Shown piece by piece: positions 60,201 to 64,000 of a stretch of 64,000 nt of DNA. Numbering within the stretch: the first letter of the stretch is position 1; each line of letters begins with the position of its first letter. The notes under the pieces are model-generated. The model saw only the letters and a program-made list of their open reading frames with translations, made no database searches and had not been told where the DNA came from. A program made the position numbers and the translations under genes. Origin of the DNA: Bugula neritina (lineage: Eukaryota; Animalia; Bryozoa); the NCBI GenBank assembly GCA_964035545.1, contig OZ037767.1, forward strand, positions 13,005,801 to 13,069,800. Reading direction: 5' to 3'.

Positions 60201-63200
60201 TTGTAGTAGTGGTTGGTGTTGTAGTCGTGCTAGGTGTTGTCGTGGTTGTGGGTGTTGTTGTGGTTGTAGGTGTGGTAGTAGTTGTGGGTGTTGTAATAGT
60301 GCTTGGTGTTGTAGTAGTGGTTGGTGTTATCGTAGTAGTGGGTGTTGTCGTGGTTGTGGGCGTGGTAGTAGTTGTTGGTGTTGTAGTGGTGGTGGGTGTT
60401 GCTGTGGTTGTGGGTGTTGTTGTGATTGTGGGTGTGATAGTAGTTGTGGGTCTTGTAGTAGTGGTTGGTGTTGTTGTGGTTGTGGGTGTTGTTGTGGTTG
60501 TGGGTGTTGTAGTAGTGGTTGGTGTTGTAGTAGTGGTTAGTGTGGTAGTGGTGGTTGGTGTTGTGGTAGTGGTTGGAGTTGTGGTTGTGGTTGGTGTTGT
60601 AGTAGTGGTTGGTGTTGTAGTCGTGCTGGGTCTTGTCGTGGTTGTGGGTGTTGTTGTGGTTGTAGGTGTGGTAGTAGTTGTGGGTGTTGTAGTAGTGGTT
60701 GGTGTTGTAGTAGTGGTTGGTGTTGTCGTGGTAGTGGGTGTTGTTGTGGTTGTGGGTGTGGTAGTAGTGGTTGGTGTTGTAGTGGTGGTGGGTGTTGTAG
60801 TAGTGGTTGGTGCTGTAGTCGTGCTGGGTGTTGTCGTGGTTGTGGGTGTTGTCGTGGTGGTGGGTGTTCTCGTGGTTGTGGGCGTGGTAGTAGTGGTTGT
60901 TGTTGTAGTGGTGGAGGGTGTTGTTGTAGTTGTGAGTGTTGTTGTGATTGTGGGTGTGATAGTAGTTGTGGGTCTTGTAGTAGTGGTTGGTGTTGTTGTG
61001 GTTGTGGGTGTTGTTGTGGTTGTGGGTGTTGTTGTGGTTCCGGGTGTTGTAGTAGCCGTGGGTGTTGTAGTAGTGGTTGGTGTTGTAGTGGTGGTTAGTA
61101 ATGTAGTGGTTGTGGGTGTGGTAGTAGTGGTTGGTGTTGTAGTAGTGGTTGGTGTTGTTGTGGTTGTGGGTGTTGTTGTGGTTGTGGGCGTGGTAGTAGT
61201 TGTGGGTGTTGTAGTAGTGGTTGGTGTTGTCGTGGTAGTGGGTGTTGTCGTGGTTGTGGGCGTGGTAGTAGTGGTTGGTGTTGTAGTGGTGGTGGGTGTT
61301 GTCTTGGTTGTGGGTGTTGTTGTGGTTGTGGGTGTGGTAGTAGTTGTGGGTGTTGTAGTAGTGGTTGGTGTGGTAGTGGTGGTTGGTGTTGTGGTAGTGG
61401 TTGGTGTTGTAGTAGTAGTTGGTGTTGTGGTTGTGGTTGGTGTTGTAGTAGTGGTTGGTGTTGTAGTCGTGCTAGGTGTTGTCGTGGTTGTGGGTGTTGT
61501 TGTGGTTGTAGGTGTGGTAGTAGTTGTGGGTGTTGTAATAGTGCTTGGTGTTGTAGTAGTAGTTGGTGTTATCGTGGTAGTGGGTGTTGTCGTGGTTGTG
61601 GGCGTGGTAGTAGTTGTTGGTGTTGTAGTGGTGGTGGGTGTTGTTGTGGTTGTGGGTGTTGTTGTGATTGTGGGTGTGATAGTAGTTGTGGGTCTTGTAG
61701 TAGTGGTTGGTGTTGTTGTGGTTGTGGGTGTTGTTGTGGTTGTGGGTGTTGTAGTAGTGGTTGGTGTTGTAGTAGTGGTTAGTGTGGTAGTGGTGGTTGG
61801 TGTTGTGGTAGTGGTTGGAGTTGTGGTTGTGGTTGGTGTTGTAGTAGTGGTTGGTGTTGTAGTCGTGCTGGGTCTTGTCGTGGTTGTGGGTGTTGTTGTG
61901 GTTGTAGGTGTGGTAGTAGTTGTGGGTGTTGTAGTAGTGGTTGGTGTTGTAGTAGTGGTTGGTGTTGTCGTGGTAGTGGGTGTTGTTGTGGTTGTGGGTG
62001 TGGTAGTAGTGGTTGGTGTTGTAGTGGTGGTGGGTGTTGTAGTAGTGGTTGGTGTTGTAGTCGTGCTGGGTGTTGTCGTGGTTGTGGGTGTTGTCGTGGT
62101 AGTGGGTGTTCTCGTGGTTGTGGGCGTGGTAGTAGTGGTTGGTGTTGTAGTGGTGGTGGGTGTTGTTGTAGTTGCGGGTGTTGTTGTGGTTGTGGGTGTG
62201 GTAGTAGTTGTGGGTGTCGTAGTAGTGGTTGGTGTGGTAGTAGTTGTCGGTGTTGTAGTAGTGGTTGGTGTTGTCGTGGTAGTGGGTGTTGTAGTCGTGC
62301 TGGGTGTTGTCGTGGTTGTGGGTGTTGTTGTCGTTGTAGGTGTGGTAGTAGTTGTGGGTCTTGTAGTAGTGGTTGGAGTTGTAGTAGTGGTTGGTGTTGT
62401 CGTGGTGGTGGGTGTTGTCGTGGTTGTGGGTGTGGTAGTAGTGGTTGGTGTTGTAGTGGTGGTGGGTGTTGTTGTGGTTGTGGGTGTTGTTGTGGTTGTG
62501 GGTGTGGTAGTAGTTGTGGGTGTCGTAGTAGTGGTGGGTGTTGTCGTGGTAGTGGGTGTTGTCGTGGTTGTGGGCGTGGTAGTAGTTGTAGGTGTTGTAG
62601 TAGTGGTGGGTGTTGTTGTGGTTGTGGGTGTTGTTGTGGTTGTGGGTGTTGTAGTAGTCATGGGTGTTGTAGTAGTGGTTGGTGTTGTAGTGGTGGTTAG
62701 TAGTGTAGTGGTTGTGGGTGTGGTAGTAGTGGTTGGTGTTGTAGTGGTGGTGGGTGTTGTTGTGGTTGTGGGTGTTGTTGTGGTTGTGGGTGTGGTAGTA
62801 GTTGTGGGTGTCGTAGTAGTGGTTGGTGTGGTAGTAGTTGTCGGTGTTGTAGTAGTGGTTGGTGTTGTCGTGGTAGTGGGTGTTGTCGTGGTTGTGGGTG
62901 TTGTAGTAGTGGTTGGTGTTGTAGTGGTGGTGGGTGTTGTTGTGGTTGTGGGTGTTGTTGTGGTTGTGGGTGTTGTTGTGGTGGTGGGTGTTGTAGTAGT
63001 GGTGGGTGTTGTAGTGGTGGTTGGTGTTGTAGTAGTGGTTGGTGTTGTCGTGGTAGTGGGTGTTGTTGTGGTTGTGGGTGTGGTAGTAGTGGTTGGTGTT
63101 GTAGTGGTGGTGGGTGTTGTCGTGGTTGTGGGTGTTGTCGTGGTAGTGGGTGTTGTCGTGGTTGTGGGCGTGGTAGTAGTGGTTGGTGTTGTAGTAGTGG

Positions 63201-64000
63201 TTGGTGTTGTAGTAGTGGTTGGTGTTGTAGTAGTGGTTGGTGTTGTCGTGGTAGTGGGTGTTATTGTGGTTGTGGGTGTGGTAGTAGTTGTGGGTGTTGT
63301 AGTGGTGGTGGGTGTTGTTGTGGTTGTGGGTGTTGTTGTGGTTGTGGGTGTGGTAGTAGTTGTGGGTGTCGTAGTAGTGGTTGGTGTTGTAGTAGTGGTT
63401 GGTGTTGTAGTATTGGTTGGTGTTGTCGTGGTAGTGGGTGTTGTCGTGGTTGTGGGCGTGGTAGTAGTGGTTGGTAGTGTAGTGGTGGTGGGTGTTGTAG
63501 TAGTGGTTGGTGTTGTAGTAGTGGTTGGTGTTGTAGTAGTGGTTGGTGTTGTAGTCGTGCTGGGTGTTGTCGTGGTTGTGGGTGTTGTTGTCGTTGTAGG
63601 TGTGGTAGTAGTTGTGGGTCTTGTAGTAGTGGTTGGAGTTGTAGTAGTGGTTGGTGTTGTCGTGGTGGTGGGTGTTGTCGTGGTTGTGGGTGTGGTAGTA
63701 GTGGTTGGTGTTGTAGTGGTGGTGGGTGTTGTTGTGGTTGTGGGTGTTGTTGTGAATGTGGGTGTGGTAGTAGTTGTGGGTGTCGTAGTAGTGGTGGGTG
63801 TTGTCGTGGTAGTGGGTGTTGTCGTGGTTGTGGGCGTGGTAGTAGTTGTAGGTGTTGTAGTAGTGGTGGGTGTTGTTGTGGTTGTGGGTGTTGTTGTGGT
63901 TGTGGGTGTTGTAGTAGTCGTGGGTGTTGTAGTAGTGGTTGGTGTTGTAGTGGTGGTTAGTAATGTAGTGGTTGTGGGTGTGGTAGTAGTGGTTGGTGTT
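12246..64000 (-). CDS. Giant Pro/Thr mucin-domain exon (PTTTTT)n of a membrane-tethered mucin; 5' end outside the window
   Basis: ORF track gives 16,842 aa without a stop, and the same repeat frame continues past the internal ATG at 62661 to the window edge. The exon ends TSIIVQ G|GTAATC (donor at 12245-12244, phase 1), in frame with the EGF exon. Confidence 0.92.
12295..64000 (-). repeat. 18-bp coding minisatellite (about 2,870 units) with higher-order duplications
   Basis: Unit CCN-(ACN)5. Marker variants recur at offsets of 7920, 3924, 6660 and 8316 bp, all multiples of 18. Confidence 0.95.

Noticed and set aside
62659-62661. ATG as the start of the 16,842-aa ORF
   Set aside because: It is a recurrent ACG>ATG-type repeat variant (also near 18772, 27668, 31822, 47683 and 54343). 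The frame stays open upstream and there is no signal peptide.
12295-64000. Telomeric or non-coding satellite, or CRISPR array
   Set aside because: Strict codon periodicity, in-frame splicing to domain exons, and no unique spacers.

Overview
AT-rich, intron-containing eukaryotic (probably invertebrate animal) DNA. It is dominated by the 3' part of a giant membrane-tethered mucin gene on the minus strand (gene A). One exon of at least 51.7 kb (12246 to beyond 64000, about 17,250 codons in the window, frame open throughout) encodes (PTTTTT)n built from 18-bp units arranged in kilobase-scale higher-order duplications. I reconstructed by hand seven small downstream exons whose splice phases all join: an EGF-like module, a three-exon SEA-like domain with an RRKR furin site where the autocleavage motif normally lies, a transmembrane helix and a cytoplasmic tail ending DSFA* at 7143. 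A paralogue (gene B) faces it tail-to-tail on the plus strand, and only its TM and cytoplasmic exons fall in the window (189-286, 1137-1339, 1916-1967). Between the genes lie a decayed BEL/Pao gag, a tRNA-like element, simple repeats and a 20-bp perfect hairpin. The most unusual signals are: an antisense copy of the mucin repeat in the intron directly after the giant exon; an apparent absence of GT dinucleotides on the sense strand of the giant exon; tandemly repeated palindromic splice donors after the TM exon in both genes; and a likely gene-conversion tract between the paralogues. The organism and gene name cannot be determined from the sequence, and all domain calls are by eye.
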